Part shown: positions 1 through 16,315 of the stretch, in pieces
Numbering within the stretch: position 1 is the stretch's first letter
Layout of the letters: the number at the start of each line of letters is the position of its first letter
Source of the DNA: Amoeboaphelidium protococcarum X5
Taxonomy: Eukaryota > Fungi > Aphelidiomycota
Reading direction: 5' to 3'
Length of the DNA: 64,000 nt
Assembly (NCBI GenBank): GCA_023515725.1
Contig: JALDTO010000142.1
Location: 248,001-312,000, forward strand
The notes under the pieces: generated by a model
What the model was told of the DNA's origin: nothing
What the model saw: only the letters and a program-made list of their open reading frames with translations
The model's database searches: none
Position numbers and translations under genes: made by a program

Positions 1-1326
1 ATACAGCAGGCCAACTTCAGGAGTCTTAGTCCGCAAAAGGGGACCAGCGTATGCAGACGCAAACAATAGAGTAAGCACTATATACACTACAATGGCCACC
101 GCTGATGATATAAAAGTACCACGAGGTATAGATCTGGAGGCATTCTTCAATTCCCCACTCCTATTAGCACCGGCAATAAATCCGATAACCACAGGGAAGA
201 AGATGGCAAAGCTCTTGACAAAGTTCAAACTATCAGGATTTACTTCATCTTTAAGATTAGTGCCATCATACGCAGGATTTAGATTAGAACTCAGAAATGA
301 ACTGGGCAGTACCGCAAATAACTATGGGGCCCAGTAAGAGCGAGACATTGTCAGATAGCCAATGAATATAGAGAGGAGAACTAGTACAGTGATTGAGGCA
401 AATATAAATCTTACTGATTTCATAACCAAGCGAAATCGAATGTCTAACCGCTGCACTTTTTACAACATGAGCTAGAATAAAGAGATAATGATTAATAGAA
501 TTGAACCATATAATCGACTGTCTTGCCACCTATCTACAGATATCTGAGGAACAAGATAAGATAGAACTTCGACACAACCTAGAACGTAGACTGCTGCACC
601 TATTTACGTGGCAAGATAGAGTAGAAAGCCGGAGGTAATTCCAATATCCTTACCTAGAGATCTACTAATTAAATAATACAATCCACCATTGGATACGACA
701 CCATTGGTGCATATAGCAGACATGGACATTGTGGTGAGCAGTACCAGGATCATGGACATTAGTATAATAAATAGAGTATGAGTAACACCAGAATATCCAA
801 TAATAAAAGGCAGACGTATAAACAGAAGAATACCAACCATAACCTAAAGATTTGGGATGATAACACCAACCAAAGTACCGCTGCAACCGATAAGCATCCG
901 CATCCTGCGCGTCGGATCTTGACTTGACTCCCCAGGTTCAACCTCAATCTATCGCAGAAGACTGGACGGGTCCCAAGATCGCGCAGTTAGATAATGAGTG
1001 GCATAATTCGAGCCATACAAGGCAAGATTGGATTTAACAGTGTCATTGTAGTCATAATCTGCACTATCAAACAGATTGAGTTTACTACTCGGCAATTTCT
1101 TTTATTAATTCTAACTCTCTTCTGTAATCTAATCGCCTTATTCCGATTCATTTGCCTCTGAGATAGAGTCTACTACATCCAATTCAATAGACACCTAATT
1201 CTATCCTGATGGACGACGTGATTGAGATTACTCAGACGATCTTCTACCATCAGCAGGCTAGTTCTCAAATATATCCATCAGAGATTACGCATGTGGCGTC
1301 AAATACCGTTGATTCTACTTGGACAT
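1..1326 (-). CDS. SLC12 cation-chloride cotransporter family protein, 5' part; runs off the window start
   Basis: Table 6 gives one open frame from ATG 1326 containing GTLVGVIIPNLQVMVGILLFIRLP, SMSAICTNGVVSNGGLYYLISRSLG and FAIFFPVVIGFIAGANRSGELKNASRSIPRGT, all SLC12 motifs. Confidence 0.85.
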
Positions 1327-2252
1327 TTTACATATATCTGTATTAAATTTTTTATGGACTATAAAAATATAAATATATTAACAGATTAAAGACGATATTA
1401 ATATGCTTTAAACAAGTGCTTATTAAGATCTTGTTTACTATACTTACACTCAGTTAAACAATGAAGGAGAAAAAGAAGACGCGCGGGTGTCAACACTCGT
1501 CGCGGTGGTAGACTTTAAGTGAATAAAATCACGTCTATTATTCTACAACAAGCACCATGTATAACGCGCGTTAATTGTTAGCTAAAAAGTTGGCAACTCT
1601 CATACGTGGTATGTTTATGGCCTATACCCGACCCAAATATGTTCAGCCTTTCAAAGCCGCAGACACACCGTAAAGATTGCAGATAGTAAAAAGCTCATCA
1701 AATCTCGTTGAAACACGTGTGAGTAATGGGCAAATGTCTGAGCTACATCAGCAAATTACACTTCTCGGTAACCCATACCTTGCTTATTAGATTAAAACTT
1801 TTCATTGTCAATATTGCCATTGAAATATGGTTCCACTGTCCTATGTTGTCCGTGCTTGTGCATTTCATAATACTGCTCAATCAAATTGTCGCGGATCTCC
1901 GAGATTAGCACAGCGCAAACACCACACTTACCACAAGCCTTATTCACATATAGTATTTTCTACTTATCCGTTTTATCTTGATTTAACGCCGAGGCTTTAT
2001 AAGTATTCCAGAGCTAAATCGCCTTCAGAACGTACAGTAGTTACACATGCCAAACATTCCACTCTTCTGTATGGGAGAACTTGAAAATCTACCCAACGGC
2101 GCGTTAGAATAATCAGAGTCGCGCAGACGCGATCGTCTAGAAGTATTCCCGATGGAAATTGTGTTCCAACAGTAAAGTAAGCCTCCCTTTCAAGGACACG
2201 ACGAAACAGTACGGTTATCCATTTAAGAAGACTTTAGATAGAAAATCAACAG

Positions 2253-3170
2253 ATGGCGATGGCGAAAAGTATCAATGTTAGTGTAAAGTCGCGTTCTGGA
2301 AAGGAGCTGACTACAGTGGCGGTTAGTGCGAAGGCGGATGTGGCAGAATTGAAGGAGGCTATTCAGTAAAAGGTGCCTAAGTTGAGAGTGGAGCGTCAAT
2401 TGTTGACTTTTGGTGAGAAAAAGACTCGCCTGGTGGAGGGATAGACTTTGGAGTCGTATGGTCTGACCAGGGATGGAGATGAAGTTGTGCTGAAGGATCT
2501 CGGCCCTCAAGTTGGATGGAAGACTGTGTTCCTGGTGGAGTATGCCGGTCCTATATTGATTCATGCATTCTTTTACATGTTCTATGCTCACTACTACCGC
2601 GTCAACTAAACTCCAGTGTAAAAGTACGCATGGTACATGGTGTTGGCTCACTTTGCTAAACGCGAACTGGAAACTCTGTTTGTGCACCGGTTCAGTCACG
2701 GCTATATGCCGTTGATGAACATTTTCAAGAACTCGTTCCACTATTGGATCTTGAGTGGCGTATTTATTGCAGCTGAAGTGTATTCTGGCTGGTATAAGTC
2801 GGCCCATCCACAATTGGCATCATTGGGTCAGTTTGAGTATGCAACGATTGCCATCTTTGTGCTGGCAGAGTTGTCTAACCTGAGCACTCACCTGACTCTG
2901 AGAAATTTGAGACCACCAGGAACGAAGGTGCGTAAGATACCGTATGGATATGGATTTGATTTCCCGTTCAATGTCAGCTGTCCAAACTATTTCTTTGAGG
3001 CGGTGGCATGGGTTGCTTTCACCGCGTTTACACGCTCTTATGCAGCTGCCTTCTTTACTGTGGTGGCAACTGCGCAAATGTTTGTATGGGCTACCAAGAA
3101 GCATTCCAACTATAAGAAGGAATTCAAAAACTACCCAAAGCGCAAGGCAATGTTTCCATTCCTGGCATGA
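2253..3170 (+). CDS. TSC13: Very-long-chain enoyl-CoA reductase (Tsc13/TECR)
   Basis: N-terminal ubiquitin-like region, then LKDLGPQVGWKTVFLVEYAGP, HFAKRELETLFVHRFSH and VSCPNYFFE. In-frame TAR read as Gln; ends in TGA. Confidence 0.93.
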
Positions 3171-3588
3171 AATTTGAGTTGGAACATATCACGGTTTTAA
3201 CCAGAATGTATTAAAAAAATTATAATATCAATTCATAACATTCTTTTATACCTCTATAATGAGTTCTTCAAAGTGACTATAAGTAGCCTTTAAAAAACGA
3301 CTGGATAGTTGGAATTAAAACGATTTTGTGTTACCTAATCGCCAGAGAGAGAGAGAGCCTGTGTGAAATAACGTTTGTGGCCGGCAGTTGATCGCGCTCG
3401 CTGATTCGCCGGAAGAAATAATATTTTCTCGAAATCAAATGGGGAGCGATCAACATCATCGCAGCGCACAGCACCATCGGCTGGCTGGCTGCCTGTATTT
3501 GTTCCCTTTTCCTCCGTTGTTGTAAATTGTAGACAATCGAAGAATATTCTATTAATTGTTTATTATCGTCAAGTCTTAATTAAGAAAG

Positions 3589-5412
<1,824 letters not shown>

Positions 5413-5648
5413 GCATAGAATCAATTCATGATAAACTTACACTCATACAGGATCTTTCCAGTACATAATATTTATTGAAAACCAATAAAGTGAATTGATC
5501 TACTAATTGAATTATTTAATTATCGGGTATTCTCCTTAAGTGATTACTTGATAATCAAATCAAAAAATTTAATGGCGATACGAAATAAAAAAACTTAAAA
5601 TTTATGAAAGCTACTGTGTATTTATAAAAGATCAAGAAAGTGATAAAC

Positions 5649-6194
<546 letters not shown>

Positions 6195-6413
6195 TTATTA
6201 TTAATCTGATCTAAGCGTAATAAAGAAAATCTCACTGTATCTAGAGCGACGAAGAAAGAGTTTTGAAATCCAAATTTTAAGGTTTGCTAAGGTTGAAAGG
6301 ACATGCGCGCGCGTTTAACGAATGATTGATTGATGAAAATAATACAGGGAGAAACGGTAAGAAATTAGAAGCGCGTTGAAGGAGTTGATGAAGAAAGGTT
6401 CTAATTACTAAAA

Positions 6414-7262
6414 TCATTTAGCAACGCATACAATTTCAGCATTCGCCTTTTATTTCAGAGCATCTTTGGCTGTGAGAAACTGCGGCTATGAAGATTTATC
6501 AGAACCTTCCACTTTGACTATAGTTATGGAGCCCAAGTCATTACATCCCTTCCATGACGCTCTAGATTTTCCATGTAATGCGGATTAGATCTGATTAGGT
6601 GTCTGAAACACTTTGCGCGATCCTTTGGATATCATAAACATATCACTCAAAGCGGCACGATTCTAATCATCATACTTTAAATCCACCCAGAGATTGCTGT
6701 GAGGCGGAACTGTAAGCATAGCCAGATCTTGAACGGTGATTCTCGACATGTCATTAAAGTCCGGCACGTACACGGAGGCCACAGAGGGAATCATATCCAG
6801 CTATTTAAATAGAGCAGCAGTTGAGAAGAACGGATGTTCAACATCAGAGTCTTTTGCCTCTATTCTCTTTATAATTTCATCCAAATTCTTGATATCTTGC
6901 ACAGACACGGTCGATGATCCATCGCTATCGCATAATTGATGCAGCTCCATTACCTTTTGACGCGTCATTTACACTGCTTTCAATCGCATTTACTAATGAG
7001 ATTACAGCAGAGAGCTATGAATATAATCTTGGGCATTCTCAGTAGACATGTTTTGTATATGAGTGCGAGCATTAGCCAGGATGTCCACAAAAGGTCCTCT
7101 ATCGTCACCTGGCAGAACATTACTAAGGAAACCTTCCCTGTGGAGAATACTCAGAATTTATCGATACATTGAGGTATCACGCACAAATGTTCTAGGATGC
7201 TTCGCTTGTGCGGCATGCTTAATTTTGAGGCACAAGTGATGTACTTTCTATCTATTACTCAT
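6414..7262 (-). CDS. MRPS8: Mitochondrial ribosomal protein uS8m with a large internal insertion
   Basis: 282-aa table-6 ORF. N-terminal HHLCLKIKHA...ILHREGFLSNV..G and C-terminal LWVDLKY...MFMISKGSRKVF...AEIVCVA resemble fungal Mrps8. Confidence 0.65.
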
Positions 7263-7835
7263 AGTTTTGATTTTAAATTTTTGATATTTCGATGTGGCGA
7301 ACGCGAAATGCTGTGAATGAGAGTATTGAAATGACAACGTCTGACTGAAATATTTGCGTATTATGAAGAACCAAAAAACCTTCTTATAACTTGTCAAAGT
7401 TGAAAATACTACTCATCCATAAAAATTGTTATCACTAACAAAATGTTGTACTAAGTGTTAAAGCGCGTTTAAATTTGCCATGTATGGTTAGAGTGGAACC
7501 AGCGTAAGTTGAACATGTTTCACTTACGAGAGAACCACTCCTGTTGCTCAATTCAGCTATATCTATATGTTCAAAGCTTATTTGCCCGTTAATTATATTC
7601 GAATTATGTCACCTGACGGACCATAAGATATATAATATCGTGCAATTTCTTGGCATTCTTAAGTGTATGTATATCATTGGTCAAGCTTTTCTCCTATGGC
7701 ATCTGTACACGAGGTCTGAAATGGCTATAAATTGAGAGATCCTGTTTAAAATCTTTTTATTCTTATTATTAAATACATATATTTCCAACTGATAAAAGCT
7801 ATTCAACAAGATATATAATAATCTGAAACCTGAGA

Positions 7836-8174
7836 ATGTCCTCCGTCAATAATAATAACAATACTTCTGCGCCCGTGAGTGAGATCAATCCGTATCAAGC
7901 CGCGTCTTATGCTGAAACTGGCGGCTAACTTGAGAAAAGTTAAAGATAAGTTGGTATGTGGCTTTTCATCGCTGGCTTCTTCTGCATAATTCCTTGGTGG
8001 GTCGGCGCGTTCTATCCCAAGCCTGCCAACAAATAGGCCCGTACCTGGAGAATTTTGAACATCGTCTTTGGACTCATTCCAATCTTAATCTTGTTGTGCT
8101 ATTCCTTTTACATAATTGATATTTTGGTGAAATAACAGAGTTCTCCCGATACTAACTCTGACGCGAATGAGTGA
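7836..8174 (+). CDS. Small membrane protein, paralog 1 of 4 (LFxxGFxxxxxWWxG...TWR family)
   Basis: VGMWLFIAGFFCIIPWWVGAFYP...RTWRILNIVF; ATG to TGA in table 6. Confidence 0.8.
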
Positions 8175-8605
8175 CGCGAGCTTAAATCGAAATAAAGTTT
8201 TAATTTTGAAACTCCATGTTTAATCTTGGTTCTTCTTTTATAAATATTATTGACACTGTTTCAGCAACTTGTTCAATGATATCAATTGCAAGTTTCGTTC
8301 AAAACAATCTTTCACATCTTAAACAAACGCGTAGTTTAAACATGCTTGTCAGGTTTATATTACAGTAAATCATACAGAAGAAGCAATCACTCAATCAAAT
8401 TGTGTTTGCATGAACGCCTAGATTATACTCTGACACGTGGGATTGGCCAGCATTCAAACTTGCACTATCTGATTGGCTGTTTGAAATTATCACGATCAAT
8501 TACACGCAGTGAAGAAAGTACATCTTGGCAAAATCATGCTCTTCTCTAATCAATAAATTATCCATTTAAGCAATATAAATATACAATTTAGTGGTATCGC
8601 ATAGC

Positions 8606-9040
8606 ATGTCTTACTAGTATCCTGAACAAAAGTAGCAATAGCAGCCTGTTTCAGCTAACATGTCCCAAGTCTCTGGTGACTCTTATGTTAACAACAACAA
8701 TAACAATCCCTACTAGCCAAATCCGTATCAGCAGTAGCAGTATCAGTAGCAACAACCTCAGTAAATCGTGATCCAAAATATTGAAGATGGCGTGTCTGTC
8801 GGCATGGTGCTATTCATTACTGGTTTCTGTTGTGTCATCACCTGGTGGGTTGGCTGTTGTTATCCTCGCGTAAAAACTGCCAGAGACAAGACATGGAGGA
8901 CTTTGAATATTGTGTTCACTGTGATTTCCTTGCTCTTCATCATTGGGTATGTTATTACTATAGTCGTACTGACGACACAGGCGACAAAGTCTATCCAACA
9001 GAGCTCGTCTTCTAATGGCAGAAGCACCTCAAGAAACTGA
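8606..9040 (+). CDS. Small membrane protein, paralog 2 of 4
   Basis: Q/N/P/Y-rich N-terminus, then IEDGVSVGMVLFITGFCCVITWWVGCCYP...KTWRTLNIVF. Confidence 0.85.
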
Positions 9041-9603
9041 TATGACTAGTGAGGTGAGGTATTGAATAAAATGAAATTCTGATGATTATATATTAGATAA
9101 GAATCTTGTCTCTTTTTAAAACACCCATTAATGATACCATGCTTATAAACGCGCCGATAGAGGTCGATGGTCGCCGAAATCAAATGTAATCGCAACGATA
9201 TGTATAGCTTTAATCGATTGGCAACACGTACGATTCTCATTCATAAGTTTAAAGGCAAACCATCCACTTATAAATTCATGAGCTGTTGCAACATCAGTTT
9301 CATCACGATAACTGCGGCGCACATTTCAGGTTCGCAAAAGCTCCGACTTTTAATGAGTTAATCCTAGAAGAGACCGGACACATTCAATATAATGTCGCGC
9401 CAGAGTCTAACGCTGGTAATTATTTTTAATTATCCGTGACATCTTAGTTCTTTAGTATCTACTTAATACGTTTCTGGGCACAACAACTAACATTTTGTTA
9501 GCTGAGAATGAACATCTATTTAATATCTGTCCAGGGGTGGTCATAAACCTCGTGAGCTCTCTTGTGATCTCGACGTGGAGCATTTTCTAATTCCGCTCTG
9601 TCA

Positions 9604-10095
9604 ATGTCAACTTTTTTACGGTAATATCTCGAAATGAACAATAATAACGCCGATAATTAAGACTAGAAATAGGATCCAAACGGATAACAGCCATAGATAC
9701 CATATCCTCCTACTACTCCACCCAAAACTGGATACATTCCTGCTCCTTACCCACCAAATGGTGGCGATAACAATTTTGCTTAAAATCCTTATTAACCGCC
9801 AAATCAGTAGTACTACTAGCCATATTAATAGCCATCATAGGTTGTAATTACCAACATTGAGGATGGCGTTAGCGTCGGAATGATTCTATTCATCACTGGG
9901 TTTTGCTGTGTCATTAGCTGGTGGGTTGGCTGTTGCTATCCTCCTATCAGGACGAAGAGAGATAGAACGTGGAGAATGTTGAACATTGTCTTCACAGTGT
10001 TATCGCTGCTTGGTGTGATCGCGTACGTGGTGATATTCGTCTTAATTGGTGTTGGTGCTACTCGTCGTAGATCGTATTATTACGAGTTATATTGA
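9604..10095 (+). CDS. Small membrane protein, paralog 3 of 4 (alternative start 9634)
   Basis: P/Y/Q-rich N-terminus, then IEDGVSVGMILFITGFCCVISWWVGCCYP...RTWRMLNIVF. Confidence 0.85.
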
Positions 10096-10169
10096 TTCGA
10101 AATTATAAATTGATTCTCCGTATTAAGACTATAAAGTAATAGATTTATATAATTTTAGATTCACTTCAA

Positions 10170-10724
10170 ATGTTTTAATCATTCTTATATTCAGGAGGCA
10201 GTGACGCTGTCTCGTCCACGTCTCGACAATCGAATGATTAGGACAAGGATCTTTTCCATCAACAATAACAATAATATCACACGATTGAAGACATGAATAA
10301 AAACGTGCCTATAATAAGCGATACGCGTAGAAAATCGCAATTGCCGTCCGTCTTTGAAGTATCAGATCTACCTCCGCCTTATTCAAATGGCACTTAGGCC
10401 TCGCCGCCATCCGAGCATCTACAATTCGCCGTTCATCATCATGATCATTCTATACGTCCTGGACTTTTACTGTTCGTATTAGGATTCTGCTTCGTTCTAC
10501 CATGGTGGATAGGTAAGATTAAATTGATTATTAACTCATTGTAACCGGGTTGACTGAGTAAGTAAATAACACATGTAGGAAGTTGCGTACGCGTTCATAC
10601 ACGTTCAGACACGACTTGGCGCCGAGTAAATAGAATAATGACTTTGCTGTCGGTGATAACCATAATCGCTGTGGTAATAGCCATGGTGGCACTTGGTAAA
10701 TGGATTAATAGACGCTTCGATTGA
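10170..10724 (+). CDS. Small membrane protein, paralog 4 of 4 (intron 10513-10578)
   Basis: LPPPY motif; GLLLFVLGFCFVLPWWIG/SC...TTWRRVNRI; the intron has GTAAG...TGTAG ends. Confidence 0.75.
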
Positions 10725-10835
10725 ATGAATCTATTGAGTGAAGATCTTGAATTTCGATAAATAAATGCTGTATTTGTTTTTACTTTCGATTATTTATTTC
10801 TCTTGTTAAAACACGAAGCTTTAATTAACGACAAA

Positions 10836-11596
10836 ATGGTACGTAGTTCTGTATTAATCATTTACCTGATGAAGATAATAATTGACTGTATGTGTAGACA
10901 CAATCTAAAACAACTAGAATGCAGCAATTGCTAAATCATAGGCTAAAAGTGACCATGCTGGATGGGCGAACGCTCGTTGGATAGATGATTTCATTTGACA
11001 AGCATATGAATCTCGTGCTGGCTGATTGTCAAGAATGCCGCAAGATTAAAGTGAGAGAGTAAATAGTCGAGTAGAATAATGGTAATAGCAATAAAGTAGT
11101 ACAAAAAGATGCAGGGCAATAAAATAGAACGAAAACTAAATTGGTTGAGGAAAAGAGGATGCTTGGCCTAGTCATCTTACGCGGTGAGACCATCGAAACC
11201 TTTATTGTCGAATCTCCTCCACCAAAAGGTGACGCTATGAATAGGAAAGCTGCCAGTGCGTAGAATTTAGTTCCTACCATGATGCCTGGTGCTATGGTGT
11301 AGCCGATGGGACGCGGCGTGCCGCCTTAAGGTAATTTGAATTTGAGTTCTACGTTTGTTATACAGCTTATGACTTTTTTAAATGTGTAGGATTTACGCGC
11401 CCACCACTTAATCCCGCTGCTGGTATGAGACCACCAATGTCTGGAGTGTAAGTTTAATTATATCATTTGTAAATCTTATAAGATCTCATACATATCTATG
11501 TGTAGGATGCCTCCCGGTTATCGACCTCAAATGCCACCAATGGGCAACGTATATCCACCAGGGTATAGACCTCCTCAACACCAACAACATTAATGA
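10836..11596 (+). CDS. SMB1: Small nuclear ribonucleoprotein SmB (3 introns)
   Basis: RLKVTMLDGRTLVGQMISFDKHMNLVLADCQE and EKRMLGLVILRGE, with a Pro-rich tail. Introns at about 10839-10897, 11331-11389 and 11448-11505. Confidence 0.9.
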
Positions 11597-11680
11597 TCAC
11601 AGTGAATTATAAAATTTATAGCCTTTTTTGAAATAAATTTAAATTTTACCTCAAAGAATTGTCTTTATTTTAATCCCTCT

Positions 11681-14643
11681 TCATGCAGATACGCCTTTGG
11701 TACTCAAGTAATTCTTGGTGACTTGCAAAGTTCCTTGAAGAGCACCAGCCACTTGCTCTTTGATACCTTTCAGCTGAGTCAAAAAGTACTGCTCTGGATC
11801 AGCAACTTGCATCTTGGCGTCACTCTGATGCTATTGCAAATGCACAGAGTTCAACTTCACAAACACAGACTTGTATCCACTCTCCTCAACGTCCTGCAGG
11901 TAAATCTCTTCATCAGTCACACCATTAGTGTCAGCACTCTTCTTGGCCAGCGGCGACACTATCAGCTTCACAATTTCATCAATCAATTTAGCACATAGGG
12001 AAGCGTTCTCAGCTTAATGTAAAAACTTGGCTTCGGATAAACATCTTCCAACGCCCACTATGGCAATCTTCACATCAGCTGGCTACATTAATAATTTCAA
12101 CTCATTCAGAAAGATTGACTAAAACAGCATTTGAGGAAGTTTTGGCTAGATCTGATCCAAGACAGAGCAGAACAACTAAACACCATTAAATCTAGAGTTA
12201 CAGAACAGCTGCAGTGACCACTTTACGAAATGCAACGCGAACTTTCCAGTCTTGTTAGATTGCAGTCGCACCAGTAACAATTGGAATATTTACTGATTAT
12301 ACTGCTGTAAGAACTAAGACTAAACCTGCTCATAAATAGACACCAACAATTCGAATCCGAATGCTTCATTGGCGCGTGATGCGATCAATTTCTAGAATAT
12401 ACCAAGGAAAGCAGGCAGCTGATTATTGGCGACAATTTTAGAAGAATCCTTAATCAAATAAACTTCCAGCAGGTTCACCAAAGCAGGCACATTACCATGA
12501 TTCTCCCACAATGGAGGCTGCAATAGAGGAGGGAGCAGAGGAGTATAAGCATCAGGAATAGTCGCCTCCTTATGCAGACTCATCAGCAGAGCCAAGATTT
12601 GCAACACATACGGGGTAAATTCTGGAATATCCATCTACAGGATAGCCTGAATAGGAGGAAACAGAAGAGCCTCGAAACGACCAAGTAATGTAATGTCCGC
12701 CGCGCAGGCAAATCTAATCATTGAGCTAATAGACTCAAACACGTAATGATTAAACTTGGGATTACTAGGATTCTTACTGATCAACTCCAATATTCCCACG
12801 AGTCTCTTCAACAGCACTTCAGCAAACGGCGCCAGGCTGCTCTTTGCGACAAATAACACCCGCATCACACTCTTGATGAGATAATCATTTTCTGACACCT
12901 TCTCTGGGCTCTGGCCAGCCTCAATAAGTGTGAACAAATTCCCCAACAATGGCTCAACAAATGGCTTAACATCATCAGTGATGAACATATAATCACCTCC
13001 GACTTTAATGAACAGCATTCTTTCGACACAAACTGCCGCGTACGTGTGCACGACGTAATTGCTAGACTTGAGATGCTCAACCACCAATGACAATACGGAT
13101 ATGAGTTGCTATTTCGAAAGCTAGTGTCGAAACGTATTCAGAAACTTGAGTGCATCAACTTTGAGCACAGGATGGACAGAACGATCATCAGCTCCTGTTT
13201 GAAGATCAGGCAGGATATTCTAGCTGAAAATGTCTTCAATGTTGATATTAGCATTTGTCTTCGTGGCACCTAGATTCACAGTCCCAGCTTTGGCTGTAAT
13301 AGCAATAAGCAAATAGATAGCCATATCCTTATCCTTCCAATTTTACTGCTTATTCTGATTGTATTTCTGCATAAAAGTCGCAAAGTATCCTCCAATAAGA
13401 GATGTAAGTTCATTCTCAAAGTGCTCAGCAAGACTTCTCACCAAATCAGCAGCACTACGTCGCCTAGTGTCTGCATCAGAACCTTCCAAATCACGCCTAA
13501 TATACTCAATAGGATTATCCTCAAATAGCTCAATATCAGACTCACGCAGATAAACATTTGGAAGAACAACTTTTTCAGTGATTGAAGTCAGAGCTTCATT
13601 GCCGGCAAACATCTTACTGTGACGAGGATGCTTTGCAACACTAGATAAGAATTGGATCGATGTACTGACAAGATGGTCGTATTTAGTTTACTACCCAGCC
13701 AGAGTTGCCACATTCCAAATAATTTACACGAACTCCGGCATTTACTTAAACTCTTCCTCATACTTCTTTGTGTACAAGTCAATAATCTCACAAATGGATG
13801 CCTTGACCTTTTCAACCGGGCCAACTTCTTCGTCATCATCTGTATCAAGTAGAGGATTCTGATATGCCAAATACTTTTTGAATAATGCCATAAACTCAGC
13901 CATGTGATCTTCAAAAAACTCTGGCAGATCCTAAGAGTTCAGACTCAAAAAGATCTTACACAGGAGAATCATGGAATTCATCAGGACATGAAGTGCCTGG
14001 GAATTGCCTGCATTCTAATCAATCAACTTATCCGTATTCTGCATCAAATGCCAGTATGGGAGACAGAACGAGTCCAGCACATACTTGATCTCCGCAAACA
14101 ACTAATCACTCTTGAATTCATGGCGATAACGCTTGAAAAGAGAGTGCGCCGTCTACAGAATACCATTATTGACGCGATAATCCGACTCTGAGAGACGTGA
14201 AACCAAATCGGGAATGAGCGACTGCCAGTGCTCGGGAAAGTCCGTGACGGCCATCTGCGCGACCGCCTCACTCAACTACAGCGACAACTTGTCCGGCAAT
14301 GCAACCATCAATCCAATTATTTGGGCCTTGAGAGCAGTTCTGTCATCTTCACTAATCATGTTCTCGTCAGCATCGGGGATCCAGTGGCGTTTTATAAAGT
14401 TTTTAAAGTACAGAGACGCAGCAAATCGCACATTCAAATTCACATTCTCTGCGCTGACCAATTGCAGTAAAGTTACCAGAAATCCTGGCGACTTTTCAGC
14501 TTACTTTAAAGATTACTCGGCTACATGATTAAAGTTTACAATAAATATGAATATACAGATTTTAAATACAAAGACATACCTTGTAATCTGCTTTGAGAAA
14601 CTAATGTCTACTCCAACAAGGTTGATATCGCGTTGGCGTCCAT
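11681..14643 (-). CDS. CSE1: Exportin-2 / importin-alpha re-exporter Cse1
   Basis: RFAASLYFKNFIKRHW, ELFEDNPIEYIRRDLEGSDADTRRR, ISKNPSNPKFNHYVFE and LWENHGNVPALV; one short 5' intron. Confidence 0.95.
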
Positions 14644-14825
14644 ACTCTTCTTACTTACTCTTTGACTTTTTTTAAGATTGTTGGAACGTTTAGTCTCTCT
14701 CTTGGCGGAAAAAGAAAGAAGCGATCGTTCCCACTCAGAACTGAGTACCTGAAGCGTTTCTTGTGTAGCATCGATTCCAATACGACGCGTTCTCTGTATA
14801 TCGAAACGAAAACTGTAATAGAAAA

Positions 14826-15544
14826 ATGTCTGGTCAAGATCAAGTGCGCGATATTGTCTAGGTGTTTTACTGTGGAAAATGCGGTCTGCCTGTTGAGTAT
14901 TGGTAAGATTACACGCTCATGGTAGTTTTGCTTACAATTTTATACATACAATTGTGTAGTGAGGTTAATAAAAAGGCTGAATAATGCAAGAAATGGCTGC
15001 TTTAGAATAATCCGACTGTGTATGGAGTTGTTTATGGTGATAGCAGTGCCCTCAATATTAAGCAGATTACAGAAAGTGTGGACTAGCTAGAAGTATCCTC
15101 TTCGCCGGATCAAGTTGACGTATAGAATGGTGATGCTGAAAAGTAGAATTCCGTTGCACCAGGCGAGCCTGCTGAAGTCAAATAAGTCAAACCTGCCAAG
15201 GCAAAGAAACAGCCAGCTAAACAAGTAATCGTAAAGAAGATTGATAGGAATAAGAGAAAACACGTCACGTCCATATTCGGTCTTGAGCAATATGACATTG
15301 ATTTGAAGAAGACTGCCAAACAATTTGCAGGTATGTATCACGATTATATAGACAACTTAATGTCTATTATTATTTATCACTTATCATATTTGTAGGCAAG
15401 TTTGCGTGCGGAAGTAGCGTTTCTAAAACAGCTGATGGTAAAGATGAAATAGTCATTCAAGGTGACGTGATGGACGCTGTAATTCAGATTCTGATAGATC
15501 AATTTAAAGTACCACAGGGCGACATTGTTCGTAAGGAAAAGTGA
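14826..15544 (+). CDS. TMA22: Density-regulated reinitiation factor DENR/Tma22 (2 introns)
   Basis: VFYCGKCGLPVEYC zinc motif and SUI1 domain RNKRKHVTSIFGLEQYDIDLKKTAKQFA/GKFACGSSV...EIVIQGD. Confidence 0.9.
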
Positions 15545-15640
15545 CTTAAATCTCAATGACTTATTTCATCATTTCCGCTTATTGTTGTCTTTTTATTTCG
15601 CATCTTGAAAAATAGTTTTTATCTGATAACGATCAAGAAA

Positions 15641-16027
15641 ATGTTGGGATTTTCTACATCAGTTAAGGGATTAGCACTGCAATTAATTGCGCAATAGAGA
15701 ACTAGATACACTTATCTGCGGAATAGGGCGCGTCCCAAGAGGCAAATGCTCAGAGCTGAGGTGGCATCAGAAGCAGAAAAGACTCGCCTGGTTCTGAAAT
15801 CGATACATCAGCACACTGCTCTCCCACTGAAAGACCGGCTGCGTGCTATGCTTCTATTGGATAACATGCACTCTTATACGCGTCCAGGTGCTATCAAAGA
15901 ACGATGCGTACTGACCGGACGTGGAAATGGTATGATCCGCGGTTGGAGAATCAACAGGATCACTTTCAGAGAGGCGGCGATCAACGGTAAGATTTGTGGT
16001 CTCCGGGAAGCTTACAATGAAAAGTGA
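15641..16027 (+). CDS. MRP2: Mitochondrial ribosomal protein uS14m
   Basis: YTRPGAIKERCVLTGRGNGMIRGWRINRITFREAAINGKICG is the S14 signature. Confidence 0.88.
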
Positions 16028-16315
16028 TATCTATACCAATGAGTACTTAGTTTGTTAGCTAGCTATCTAGCTATCTATCATCTTTCTTTCAAATGTTGTG
16101 ATATTCATTGGACTCGCTTAATCGAGACACACATGTTCTACGTTATACTGTAATGCTATTCCGTTTTTAGATCTTCGTTTCGGAATTAAAATTTGGCGCG
16201 TTTTGTAATTTCAATTTCTCAAGTCCTGTATGAGTCTTTTAAACATTCACTGTATATTATTTATTAGCCTTTTATCGCATTTATATTTTGGAAATAATAT
16301 TTAAGTAATAATTTA

